NCBI RefSeq assembly: GCF_000143415.4
Contig: NW_003314271.1
Location: 2,214,806 to 2,278,805, forward strand
Source of the DNA: Selaginella moellendorffii
Taxonomy: Eukaryota; Plantae; Lycopodiophyta
Direction of reading: 5' to 3'
Length of the DNA: 64,000 nt
Below are positions 1 through 12,037 of the stretch, in pieces. Every line of letters begins with the position of its first letter. Position 1 is the stretch's first letter. The translations under genes were made by a program, and so were the position numbers. Below the pieces are notes generated by a model, which made no database searches, was not told where the DNA came from, and saw only the letters and a list, made by a program, of their open reading frames with translations.

Positions 1-1110
1 GCTTCCAGGACAGCATCCTCCAAATCCACACCATACTGCAGACAGAGCAAGATATGAGACTGGAGAAAAAGCAAGGAAGACTGACCAGCTTCGCCTGCAG
101 GAGCTCCATTCGCTTACAGACCTCAACATAATTGGGTATTCGCTCCATCATATACCTGGGCCAACAGAGAAAGGAATGAGTTAGAGAGGGTAATTCGATG
201 GTGTTTCCTTACATGCTTTCCGCTGCTGCAACAAGAATCTGGTCTTCCGGCCCAGAACGTAGGGCCGAGTATGACAAGTCAGGGAGGGCCTTGTACACCG
301 GCAGCCGGGTGTTGATCATCCAGCAGTAGCCGTGGTACATGCATGTCTGCACAAGGCGCTAACTAGATATCACTGGAACGAGAAACTGCTTACTATCAAA
401 GCATGGTCGTGGGGACTGATGGACTCTGGTGGCCTTGCAGTCAAGAGCAAGCTGGTAAAAGGGCTAGTGTTGATCGCCTGGATCAACTGGGAGAGGGCAT
501 GCACGTCGTCGATGCACGTACCGGTTGGCGGCGGGTACGCATGGCAGTACTCGGGGAGCCCCTTCCACCGGAAGACATAGCCACTTACCTTGTACTCGTG
601 GAGCACATCTCGCAGCAGTCGCAGGAGAACTCGGTCCTTCCTCTTCCTGTAGAGCCGCGTGATGCAGCGCACCGTCTGGCTGCATCGGGAGGGCTGCTCG
701 TAGTGGAAGTAGGCCGAGCCCATGATCCGGTCTAGGATTGGAATGGCTGGGGATGCTTCGAATTCCTCCAGCTGGGAAGATTGTAAGACGCGAAGAGAAA
801 GCGATGAGATGTAGCGGAGATCCTCGTCAGTGACACCGTTTGTGGGATCTAGCCGGAGGTAGAGTTCGCGCTCTTGAAGGCTGTCAAAGAGACGACCACA
901 GTAGAGAAGCTGGACGAGACGGCCCAGCTTGCCCAGTCCGCCCCAGTCGAAGAGAAAGTTGGTCTGGCACCTGGACACTAGATAGGCTTCCTCGCGCTCA
1001 TGCTCCCACGACTCGGCAAGATCTCTAACCAATTTGCTCTTACCGGCCAGTTCCCTGCGGTGCGCCATAGCCAAGTCCCTCTGCCACAGCACCTTCCTCA
1101 GTCTCTCCAT
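1..1110 (-). CDS. Orphan protein, copy A (4 exons; 3' end beyond the window start)
   Basis: ATG at 1110 and a long first exon. Near-identical to the inverted copy at 9095-10240, with the same GT-AG intron positions. Many core differences are synonymous. Confidence 0.75.
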
Positions 1111-1411
1111 TTACCCTAATTCTTGCCACGAGACACGTATTTATTCTCGTTTCAGTTGAGAATATACTTTATATACTGCTTTTTTAACATACCTTTTCTC
1201 AAAGGCTCGCCAAGGTTTTGGATTAGTTATTGATGATGGAAGCTTAGATTGAAGAATGCCTCTGTGGAACACCTTTGGCCACAAAGTCATTTTCTTTAGA
1301 CTTTGATGCCACTGGCTTTGGTTTCTCTTGCTCGTTTTCCTCGTCAACTCCTCGCAATGCAACATCCTATTTGTCCCACTCGTCCCAAAGTCCATGGCGC
1401 TCAGTTTTAAA

Positions 1412-3574
1412 CTACAAAACGTGAGAGTCCGAGGAGAAAGCATTGGAGAGCAGCACAAAAGCCTGTCCAAGCTCCTCGTCCATTTCCACAAGCCTCTGTG
1501 CGGCAAAAGCCGCTTTTTCCAGATCGATGCTACCTCTGGATGATCCCAGCAGCGCCTTCCAAGCCACAGCATCCGCTTCAAACGGCATTCCCTCCACCAC
1601 TTCCCGAGCAAAATCCACGCGCCCTGCTCGTCCTAGAAGATCAGCCATGCACAGGAAGTGCTCCAAGCTCGGCCGCGAGGAGTGATCCGAAACCAAGATC
1701 TGGAACAAGAGCTTACCCCGCTGGAGAAGCCCAGCATGGTTGCAGGCCACGAGAGCACACACGAAAGTGGTCGAGTCCGGGGTCACACCCTCCAGCTCCA
1801 TTTCCAGCAGCAACTCCAGGCTCTGGCTTGAGTCTCCCGTGTGAGCCAGCGCCGCGAGGATTGTGTTCCAGAGCACGGACGATGCGCCAAAAGCAACTCG
1901 GAATGCGTGAAAAACTTCTCTCGCGGTCCCGACGCTGCCACACTTGGCGTACATGTTCACCAGCGAGCTGCAAAGGAACGCGTCAGCTTGCATCATCTTT
2001 CTCTCGATCAGGAGCTCATGAAAGATCTTACCGGATGACAAATCTCCCAGCAAAGAACACGCACCGAGAAGCGTCGACAGAGTTGTGGAGTCGGGATCCA
2101 TCTTCATATCTTCATACAGCTCCAGCGCTTCTTTCCCTCGACCGCTCTGGACATATCCCCCGAGCATCGTGTTCCATGCCACCAAGTCTCGCCGCTCCAT
2201 TCGATCAAAAACGCCCCTGGCAGAAGCACAGTCGTCAAAGCTAGCATACATCTTCACCAAAGCAGTCTCCAAAACAAGGCCAGTGTTCTCGAGCTTACTT
2301 GCAAGAATTCGCTGGTGGATCGCCTTTCCTTGCTCCAAAGTCGAGCACGCAGCTAGAACAGTGGAGTATGTCACTCTGTTGGGCGGAACGTTCATCGCAT
2401 GGTAGATCTCCAGTGCCTCGAGGCTATGCCCGTGTTGTGCATATCCACCGATCATGGCAGTATGCACCACGACGCTCTTCTGCGCGATGCCATCAAAAAC
2501 TCGTCGAGCATCGGCCACTGCCCCGCATTTCCCATAGAAGTTCACAACAGCGACTTGGAGAGCTTGATCTTCCTTGTCGAATCCACAGCAAACAGCTCGC
2601 GAATGGATCATCTTTCCGGTTTTCAAGTCCTTGGAGCTCGAGCAAGCACCAAGAACCGTGGTGAGAGTCCTGTGATTCGGCTCTAGCCCCTCCAAGTCAA
2701 TGGAATGGTATGCCCCGAGAGCTTCCCTGACAAGCCCGTGCTGGGCATACCCAGAGATCATAGCGTTCCACGGAGCCACACTCGCCACCTTTGTCTCCTC
2801 CAAGAAAGCTCTGGCGATCTCCACACGACCAAGCCTCGAGTAGAAGCTTACAATCGAGGTTTGCGCCATTGCCTCGAAGAAAATCGCAGGAAACTCCGCC
2901 AGAGTTCTCGCGTGGATTGATCGCCCCAGCTCCAGATCGTCGCAGGACCCGAGAACGCTGGAAAACGAGATCTCATTCGGCTCAATGCCGGTAAAGATCA
3001 TCTCGTTGTAAGCATGAGCGGCTTCTCTCGAATGCCCGTTCCGGGCATATGCGGTGAGCATCGCGTTCCAGGATACCAGGCTCTTCTCCGGAATGGATTG
3101 GAACACGGATCTCGCGAGATCGACCCTCCCGTATCTACCATACAACGCCACGAGAGAATTTTGGAGCATGAGATCAAATTCCAGCCCCGAGGAAGAGATA
3201 TGGCGATGGATTGCGGTACCTTGAGCCGTGTTCGTGCAAGCTCCAAGAACTCGAACAAACGTGTGCCGGTCGGGCCTCTCTCCCTCGAGTGCCATTCGCC
3301 GAAAGAGATACAGCGATTCTTCCCCTCGTCCATTGCCCGCGTACGCGCCAATGACGAAATTCCAGCACAGAGCGCTCTTCCGGGGCAGCGATTCAAACAG
3401 GGATCGAGCTCGATCGACGCTGCCGCACTTGCCGTAGAGCTGGATGAGCAGCGCTCCGAGATCTGGATCCGTGCCGAATCCGGCCGCCGCAATGCAAGAG
3501 TGGAGAGAGATCGCGTCGGGGAGATTGGCGGCGCACTGCCGAATCGTGCGGGCGCAGGCGTGGATCAGTGGCAT
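1412..3574 (-). CDS. PLS-class pentatricopeptide repeat protein with C-terminal E domain, no DYW
   Basis: Intronless 720 aa ORF with repeated motifs (LIQLYGKCGSVDRARSLF, VSWNAMLTAYARNG, NRVTYSTVLAACS) and an E-domain signature (HFLCMADLLGRAG...MPFEADAVAWKALLG). Confidence 0.95.
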   Translation of the reverse strand: MPLIHACARTIRQCAANLPDAISLHSCIAAAGFGTDPDLGALLIQLYGKCGSVDRARSLFESLPRKSALCWNFVIGAYAGNGRGEESLYLFRRMALEGERPDRHTFVRVLGACTNTAQGTAIHRHISSSGLEFDLMLQNSLVALYGRYGRVDLARSVFQSIPEKSLVSWNAMLTAYARNGHSREAAHAYNEMIFTGIEPNEISFSSVLGSCDDLELGRSIHARTLAEFPAIFFEAMAQTSIVSFYSRLGRVEIARAFLEETKVASVAPWNAMISGYAQHGLVREALGAYHSIDLEGLEPNHRTLTTVLGACSSSKDLKTGKMIHSRAVCCGFDKEDQALQVAVVNFYGKCGAVADARRVFDGIAQKSVVVHTAMIGGYAQHGHSLEALEIYHAMNVPPNRVTYSTVLAACSTLEQGKAIHQRILASKLENTGLVLETALVKMYASFDDCASARGVFDRMERRDLVAWNTMLGGYVQSGRGKEALELYEDMKMDPDSTTLSTLLGACSLLGDLSSGKIFHELLIERKMMQADAFLCSSLVNMYAKCGSVGTAREVFHAFRVAFGASSVLWNTILAALAHTGDSSQSLELLLEMELEGVTPDSTTFVCALVACNHAGLLQRGKLLFQILVSDHSSRPSLEHFLCMADLLGRAGRVDFAREVVEGMPFEADAVAWKALLGSSRGSIDLEKAAFAAQRLVEMDEELGQAFVLLSNAFSSDSHVL

Positions 3575-4865
3575 AAACCCTAACAGATATTCCTGTTTGA
3601 ATCTACTTGCCGTTTAAATCTGGGTAAAAACGTTTATCTTTGAGTATCTCTCTCTCTCAATTTAGCGATTTGAAAAAATGGGCGGGAAATGAGATTGACT
3701 CCACAGTGACTCCCGGAGGTAAAATCCTAAAATCATAAAGCGTTTGCTGCTATATTTTTATAAAGGAGAACGTTCAGGGCATGAGCTTCCTCTGGCGGAT
3801 CAAGTTCATTCACTGAACTATGCGTGCACGCTCATGGTCACTGTCTCCTCGCAGTTGTTCACGGATTGATCGATTTCGCGCTTGTTTTGCAGCGTTTCTT
3901 TGCGAGGCCGAGCCCGTTGCTGGGGGGTTTGAAGGATCTGGAGGGGTATTAGGCGGAATTCTCGACGATCAAGGGGCAGAGATCACATAATTCCTGTGGC
4001 AGTGGAAACTTGCGTGTTGATTCGAACATCCTGGCCACACCAGCGAGAAACTGGCCAAGCACGCCAATCGAGGTGGACTGTCAGCTTCCTAATGGTGGTA
4101 TATGAAAGACACTTCGAACTAGAAAGTTCCATCTTTTTAAAATTGATTACAGCAAAGTGAATCCTGGTGGTCACTCGTGATTCTCAAGCGCGCGAGTCAT
4201 GTTTCCAAGGATGGATTGACGGGTTCGATTGTTAAGTAATGGATTGATTGGTTTGGTTTGGTGGCATAGTTTTTGGTGCGATTTAGTGCCAGCGAGAAAA
4301 GGCAAGGAGATTCCTTGCGCAACAATTCAAAAACGCAGCCCCGAGCTCTCGGGAACGAGGGGCAATCTGCCCAAAGAGACAGTTGTTATGGCTCTTCGCT
4401 AATTTGCACAACCCGTAAGCTCTATCAATTTCTTGGGCTTTGCCAGGATTTAAGCTTGAATGCTTGTAAGTTTCCAAGAAAAGAAGAATAAACTGAAGTT
4501 TGCACAAGAATTGGCCATCACGAAGAAACAGGTAAGATTGGTAGCCATTGATATTTCTTTTTTGTTTGTCATTTTGCTGATGTTTCAGGTTGACAATTTC
4601 TTCAGCAATAGCAGAGCTAGACTGCTCAAGAGAAACAATTAAGAAATGAAACATGCTTGTGCCACTGAGCCTGAGTTCTCTGCCGTCGGTTGCGTGTCGG
4701 ATGCCGTTGATGCCTGCGTCAGGATTGGTGTTTCTCGCTTGAAAAGCTCCGCAATCGCGACGAGAGGACGACTCATCCATAGCAATCGAAGCAATGATTC
4801 TGACGAGCAGAACTGGAGATTTCGAGCCTCATTTCGCTCGGTTTTCTCTTGGCTTTCTTGGAGGC

Positions 4866-4900
<35 letters not shown>
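4866..4900. repeat. (CT)n microsatellite
   Basis: Direct ctct run with one interruption. Confidence 0.9.
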
Positions 4901-4901
<1 letters not shown>

Positions 4902-6424
4902 GCTCCCCGATTTGTTTGTTCCAGGATGCAAGCAGCGGCATCAGCTTCACCGACCATTCATAAGCACTTCAGCGATTTAATTCTTTTCTTTCTTTACACA
5001 ATTTATAGAACAAATATTATATTAATAATTTGCTGCGTTGCATGCTGTTATTTTTATTAAATAATACAATTGATCAATAATTATAAACAGATGATAGAAT
5101 AAACAAGAATATACTATAAATTATAAATACAAAATTAATTTAAACGGATATCAACCATTAGATGGTAGGATATTCTAGAATATCCAATTATATTCTATTT
5201 AAAAATATGCAATCTATTGAATCTTTTATTTATAATTTTAATAAAAAGTAAATAAATCATATTTAAAAGTTATAAAGTAAATGTTAATAGATATACCTAA
5301 AATATGCTTGAGTATTTGGGATATTCTACCATTATTCTTGTGTTTATCATTTATAAACTCTTTTAAACACCTCTAATAAATTGTAACTTATTTTAAACTA
5401 TCACCCTCTTTTTCCTTGTGAGATTTAGAATTTATGTTGTCTCTGTAATGCCAATTTAGTATACAATCAAAATACAAAGTTAAGTGAATGAAAAAAAAGA
5501 GTAAAAAACACACTTTGAAACAATTTTAGACTCAGAAACAAATAAACTTTTTGATAAAAACTTCATAATTTAGCTAAGAATGCTAATCAGGGTAATAATT
5601 ATTTTATTTATCTAATTTTTTATGACTTCATTAAAAATAATAGTTTTGAGCTGGAAAACAAAAAAGTAAAAGCAAGATTTGAAGTTTACATTGTGTAAGC
5701 TAGAGCAATCTTGAATAAAAATGCTACTTTTAACTTTTTTCTAATATTTAGAAAAGAACCCAAGCCTTAATTCTTACCACATATAGCAAATTTTTATTAA
5801 TATGTGTAACAAATATTTAATTAATAATATATTTAGTCTTAATTACTTCTTGTTTTTATGTTAAATATATAAATTTATATTATAACTATATTTGACAAAG
5901 CATTGCTTAAACTTTCTATAACTTTGTAAAATTATATATGTTAAATTATTAGAGTACAAAATAAAGAAATTTATAATATACTTATTCCACATAGAGCTGT
6001 TAACCCAAATTCAATATCTTGAAGGGAAGCTAGATACAATCGTTTCGTACTCCAGAACAAGCTCTATTCTACCAGATACCTCCTCCAATGATGCTTCCAA
6101 GCTCAATCCTACATGAAATGAGAGTTAAAGTGAGGACTCAAATAGCAATGCCCATGGCTGGCTTCTTTCATAGGCAAGGATTCAAAGCCCACGAACGGTT
6201 TGGGGCAATGTCACGGGGACACCAGCAGCCAGACCTCTTGGAACGTACTGCGATGCCCTAACATGTAAAGAAAATTGACTTTTCCAATTTGTCTGAAGAG
6301 CGAAAATCCAAGGTTTTCAACAGTCATCACAGCCCGGTCTTCCAGCTTTGGTCCAAAAGTACACCTAGCACAAGCAATATTCTTATCCCACTTATGCTGG
6401 ATAGAAAAGGACGACTACAGGTGA

Positions 6425-6548
6425 CTGGTAAATCCACTTGTCCAGCGATCCATTCGTCATGTGCTTAGACGAGGAGCCTGTTTGATCCCTCGGAGCAAAA
6501 CCCAGGCAGCTTTACCAGGTTCCAGTGATGGAGACTTCCCAGCACCGA
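6425..6548 (-). pseudogene. Receptor-like kinase fragment (subdomains III-V)
   Basis: Translates SVLGSLHHWNLVKLPGFCSEGSNRLLV*, then after a frameshift HMTNGSLDKWIY. This matches the RLK consensus IGSIHHVNLVRLLGFCxEGxxRLLVYEYMxNGSLDKWIF. Stop at 6465-6467. Confidence 0.75.
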
Positions 6549-6870
6549 GTAACTGGAAGAAAAACAAAGCAAACTTGTGACTGCCGCTAGTCTAGGCAGT
6601 TCCTCTCCAACTCGGTTTGGGGGAAGTCTCCACCACGATAACTCTTTGTGGGGAGCTTATAGTGCCTCACTAACAAGAGGCAAGCTTGTACCCCAGGTTA
6701 TAAGGTCATTACCAGCTTTTATACGTTTTATTCCATTAAAATCAAAACAGCAGAGCAAAATTTATTTATTTCATTTTATTCTTATTTGTAAAACAGTTAA
6801 TCATATTAGTTATATAATATTTGTATTTATATGAATTTATAAAATACCCTTTAATCCCTTTATTGATATT

Positions 6871-8615
6871 TTATCGCCTTGTGAATGTAAGTTGCATACC
6901 ATGAAGTGGTTTGAGAGTCACGCCCGACACAGGGCAGTGCTGATAATTTGGTGAGAGGCTTGCAGAAAACCTCCTAAGAATCATAGCGAGTGCAATTTTG
7001 GCCTCGATGAGAGCAAAAGTCTGCCCGATACAAACCCGCGGCCCGAAAGAAAAGGGCATGAAAGCGTTGGGATGCTTACACGCCTTGGAAGCTCCTCTCG
7101 CAAATCGCTCTGGGTTGAATTCGTGGGCATCGCCACCCCATTGCTCCTTGTCGTGGTGCATGGCCAGGATTGGAATGACGAGAACAATACCTTTGGGAAT
7201 GCTGATCTTATCGCCCATGGTTGTGTCATTGAAGGTCCCTCGCTGGATGATTGGTAAAGGAGGATAGAGTCGCAATGTTTCGTTTAAGATCATTCCAACC
7301 TGGAAAACAAAATCACAAGATCATTGAATTTACGATAAGTTTTGTTTGCTTACCAGCTTTAGCTTGTTTAGAGCCTCGGCATTGATCTCATCTTCTTTAC
7401 AAACCTCAAGAACTTCTTTGCGGGCGCGGTCTTGCCATTCACGGTGTTGTGAAAGCAAATACATTGCCCAAGTTAAGAGAGTGGCCGTGGTTTCCTGCCC
7501 AGCAATGTAGAACGTCTTGCACTCTCCAACGAGTTTGTCATCTTTGAAAGCCGGGTTATCTTGGCTCTGCTCCAACATCAGACCCAGCAAGTCTCTCCCA
7601 TACGAAACTGATTTCCGCCGATCTTTGACGAGACCAAGCAATATTGCATCGAGCTCCTTTTGGACTTCCCATAGTTGGAGGTTTTCCCTCAGTGGATGCA
7701 ACCTGAAAGATCACATAGTTTAATTATTACTAGCGATATAATTACCTTCCAAAGGGCATCCATTGCATTGGTGAGAATGCAATCTTGGTCAGGAGCTCAG
7801 CTTGCAAGTTGAGAAGATGAAAAATTCTTCTGCCCTTCTCAAAGCTGCTTCCAAATGCAGTGTGGGAGATCACATCCGCAGCCAGGAAGGAGAACTCCTT
7901 TTCAACATCAATCTCAAATTCTCCATCGTTATCCCATCTGGACAGTACTTTAGAGGTGCAATTGGCCATGGTTCCAGTCATGATATTCTGCAATTAATAT
8001 GTTAAAAAGTATATAATTATTTTCCTGAAGTTTTACCTTGAGCTTTTCCAGCTGAAAAGCTGGGCCGACCACTCTTCTGTGCTGAGCCCAGTGCTCACCA
8101 TTTGAAGCAACGAGACCGTAACCAAGCAATTTGACAAGAGTGGCTTGGATCGAGGCAGACTTTCCAAATGACTGTGGATTCTTCGATAAAACCCATCTTA
8201 CCACCTCAGGATCAGTGACAGTCATCCGTAGCTCATTCCCCCACCAGTACATGTACGGCATTCCTGGAATTCCGAAGAGAACAGAAAGAATTTAACCTAG
8301 CTATGTTCATAGTACCGTACCATATTTCTTGGAGAAGCTATGAATGTCTGGAAGAACGTGCGAAAGAATATCATGAGTTCCATCAAACTCGAGCGTGAAT
8401 TTCCGCTTGGAGAACCTCTGCTTGAGCACCTCGTCCTTGTTTCCGCCCTTGAAGAGCTGAAGCGGGCCTAGAGAAGGACCCTTGATCCCCTGCTTCCTCA
8501 GAGCAGCCTCTTTTCTACTTGGAGCGATCCAAAACTTCCACAGCAAAGCATACACAATCACGCCCACAAGTCCAGTCGCTAGAAGCTGGATCACGAGAAC
8601 CATGTCTAGCTCCAT
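6871..8615 (-). CDS. Cytochrome P450, CYP72 clan (5 exons)
   Basis: N-terminal membrane anchor, GEHWAQHRR, AGQETT (I-helix), ETLRLYPP (ExxR), PERF and heme motif FSFGPRVCIG. Five-exon layout is typical of the clan. Confidence 0.93.
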
Positions 8616-8633
8616 AGCAATATTCAAATCTAG

Positions 8634-9050
8634 AAATTCTCTACTCTAGGTGTTTGAGTCAATTCAAGTTACGTGCAATTCCTATTTGCGTGAGGCCATA
8701 CGTCCTCACGACACCTGTCCCGAAAGATATGTTCGTGCAGAAATATGAATTAAAATAAAAGTATAGGTGCAAAACGTTAAAATGTCTCATCCTTTGAGGT
8801 CATATGCAATTCTTTTGTTAAAGGGGACTTGCAAATACTGAAAAACATCCAACTTACAAAATAAGAGAAACAAAAGAATTCTCTACTCTAGGTGTTTGAG
8901 GTTACGTGTCATCCCTATTTGCGTGAGGCCATACACCTGTCCCAAAAGATACCCATTTGTCATGTTCATGTGAATTAGGAGCCAAAAGTTAAAATTTCTC
9001 ACAAGCTGAGTAAAAAGGTAGGTTATAAAGGGGATTTGATAAAATAAGGG
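8634..9050. repeat. Imperfect tandem duplication (~240 bp unit) forming the P450/orphan divergent promoter
   Basis: aattctctactctaggtgtttgag...cctatttgcgtgaggccatac...acacctgtcc occurs at ~8634 and again at ~8877. Confidence 0.85.
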
Positions 9051-9094
9051 CGAGTACCGAAACGAGAATAAATAGGTGTCTCGTGTTAGGGCAA

Positions 9095-10240
9095 ATGGAG
9101 AGAAAGATGCGGCAGAAGGGCTTGGCTATGGCCCACCAGAGGGAGCTGGCCGGTAAGAAAAAATTGGTTAGGGCTCTTGTCGAGTCGTGGAAGCATGAGG
9201 ACGAGGAAGCCTATCTGGTGTCGAGATGCCAGACCAACTTTCTCTTCGACTGGGGCGGACTGGGCAAGCTGGGCCGTCTCATCCAGCTTCTCTACTGTGG
9301 TCGTCTCTTTGACAGCCTTCAAGAGCGCGAACTCTACGTCGGGCTCGATCCCACAAACGGTGTCACCGACGAGGACCTTCGCTACATCTCGTCGCTTTCT
9401 CTTCGGGTTTTACAATCCTCCCAGCTGGAGGAACTCGAAGCATCCCCAGCCATTCCAATCCTAGACCGGATCATGGACTCGGCCTACTTCCACTACGAGC
9501 AGCCCTCCCGGTGCAGCCAGACGGTGCGCTGCATCACGCGGCTCTACAAAAAGACGAAGGACCGAGTTCTCCTGCGGCTGCTGCGAGATGTGCTCCACGA
9601 GTACAAGACAGGCGGCTACGTCTTCCAGTGGCGGCGGGTCCCCGAGTTCTGTCATTCGTACCCGCCGCCAACCGGTACGTGCATCGACGACGTGCATGCC
9701 CTCTCCCAGTTGATCCAGGCGATCAACACTAGCCCTTTCACCAGCTTGCTCTTGACTGCAAGGCCCCCAGAGTCCATCAGCCCCCACGACCATGCTTTGA
9801 TAGTAAGTAGTTTCTCGTTCTGAAATGACATGTAACACATATATTTCCCTGTGCAGACATGCATGTACCACGGTTACTGCTGGATGATCAACACCCGGCT
9901 GCCGGTGTACAAGGCCCTCCCTGACTTGTCCTACTCGGCCCTACGTTCTGGGCCGAGAGACGATCTTGTTGCAGCAGCGGAAAACATGTAGGGAAACCAC
10001 CATCGAATTACCCTCTCTAATTCTTTCCTTTCTCTGTGTCGGTCCAGGTATATGATGGAGCGAATACCCAGTTATGTCGAGGTCTGTAAACGAAGGGACC
10101 TCCTGCGGGCGAAGCTGGTCAGTCTTCCTTGCTTTTTTCTACAGTCTCATGATCTTGCTCTTCTGCAGTATGGTATGAGGATGGATGGTGCTATCCTTGA
10201 GGCCTATGCAGTTCGGAAACGTTTTAAGTGCTTTTTATAG
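9095..10240 (+). CDS. Orphan protein, copy B (4 exons, ~330 aa)
   Basis: Exon 1 is 9095-9802; intron 9803-9856 is GT-AG; later exons read TCMYHGYCWMINTRLPVYK..., YMMERIPSY... and YGMRMDGAILEA...FL*. Paralog of 1-1110. Confidence 0.78.
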
Positions 10241-10517
10241 CTAGAAACTCCCTAAGAGGAAAGAAATTGGGTATGTTTGAGCCCGAAAATTGCTTGAGCT
10301 TGGAGTAATAAAATGATTTAAAAGTTGCACCCAAAATGAAGTGTTCTTGCTCTCAAGTTTAAGCTTCAATTGTTATATAGGGCAATTTTGGTTTATGGGT
10401 TTCTTGGACTACGTTCTCTACTCCAGTGCAATCTCAGGAAGCTTCTTCTTCGTTTTTATCTTGCGAGTGTTTCTATACATATAGAATATTTTTAAAGATA
10501 TTAAATCATAATCATTG

Positions 10518-12037
10518 TCACAAGGTGTCGCTAATGGGTGTAAATCGGCCCTGCTTGTTAGTTTTCACCCACCAGGCAATCGCGGCGGAGACGAGCATCG
10601 ATCCCACCGCGAAGACGAGCGAAAAGGTGCTGATGGATGTGGCAAGGATGGCCGATTCGGCTCTCTCGTTCTCGGCAGCCACGATTCTCAGGGGAGTCCA
10701 CTCGCAGTTCATCGAGAAGTGCTGCATTGGACTCCATTCCACGTTGTTCACCGGGAACCAGAACGCTGAAGCGAATCTGTAGCTCTTTCCAATGCTAAAC
10801 TGAGCATCCTGTTTGAAACAGTAAGAGAGAGAGAGAAAAAAAGAAGCTGTGAGGAAAAAAGCGACTGATAATCGAGTGAGGACCTGTTGGAGGCGATCTG
10901 ACGTTTGTAATGGTCTCGAGAACTCGAAAATGTAGCTTCCAGCGCTAGCTGATGCTCCGTATGGACTATCCGCAGTTGTCAATCCTAATGCCACAGTCCA
11001 AAAGAATGATTTTTTCCTATGCCGTTTTCGCTATTACCATATTGGTTTTCGATGCTGGTATGGCTCCAAACTCCCTTCCAATCGTTTTGTGCACCACCGT
11101 TCGCTTCCGGTCCTGCAAACAAAGATACAAGAAAACTATAGAGAATTACAAGAGCGTGGGACTACCAAAACATTCACGAACCATTTGGACCGATGCCATC
11201 GTAATAGCGGCAATGAGGATTCCAAGCGTAGAGATCGTGAAGGCTTCCAGTGCTAAGAGAAAGTACTTAAGTCTCGGCAAGAAAAAAAGGGAAAGAAACA
11301 AGACGAGTACCTGTCCCGGCCAGTTCCATTGAGATTGTCCGCAAGGTTTGCGCCATAGCTCCGACCAGGGACGGCATCGCTAATGGAGAAATGCATTATA
11401 TCCACTTCGTGACCTCCACAGCTTTGTTTCGAGCAATTCAAGCTCTCTGAGCAACCTCCCATCTGCAGATGATCATAGAAGTGAAGTGAAACAAAAAGAG
11501 AGATGGTTTTCTCGACTTACATCGACGTAAGTCGCGTCATCACCGATGGGAAACATGAGAGCTACCGAAGGACTAGCGCGTTTTACACTGTAGAAAGGAA
11601 AGACAAGAAATTCACATGATAGAAATGAAGAAGAAGAAAATAAAAGAGCGCTGACCTCTGCTTGTACTGATAGCTCCCTGGGATTTTCAAAAGAAAGAAG
11701 AGATCGCGACCATCGTGAGCAGCCTGTGTGGCCTCCACGATGAAATTCCAGTCCAATTTGCCAATCACTCGTTTACCTTGACGGTCATCTTGCCTGGATA
11801 GGGATCGCCCGACGCTGGATCCAACGCCGGGTACAGCGAGAACTGGATCCCTTCCACCGCATCCCAATCGGCGGCAGCTCCATCCACAGTGATCTTCCCG
11901 GGAATGTATTCCGCGGAGACGACTGCCAGATTCGACGCCGGGCCGCGGCATTGCGCTGCATTCTCCTTGTGATCGCCATGAGCCCTAGCAGAGTAGAGGA
12001 GAGAAGCTCCGAGAAAGAGGGCGAGGAAGAGCGCCAT
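10518..12037 (-). CDS. Heme-binding DOMON/ethylbenzene-dehydrogenase-like membrane protein (At3g62370-like), multi-exon
   Basis: Signal peptide, ITVDGAAADWDAVEG, AAHDGRDLFFLL, MGGC...HEVDIMHF, YIFEFSRPL and a C-terminal TM helix. Confidence 0.85.

Noticed and set aside
332-1028. Plus-strand ORFs over orphan copy A (and mirrored minus-strand ORFs at 9086-9871)
   Set aside because: Antisense shadows. They recur only because the locus is duplicated; splice sites and synonymous changes fit the other strand.
370-1110. Orphan protein as a microbial-type terpene synthase (CIDDVH) next to a P450
   Set aside because: No complete DDxxD, NSE/DTE or RY motifs are visible.
3678-4120. Possible small spliced gene divergent from the PPR gene
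   Set aside because: The ATG frame stops after 4 codons; the alternative frame needs a frameshift and ends early; no recognisable family.
4273-5060. Cluster of short ORFs around the CT microsatellite
   Set aside because: No coherent spliced product; partly translated microsatellite.
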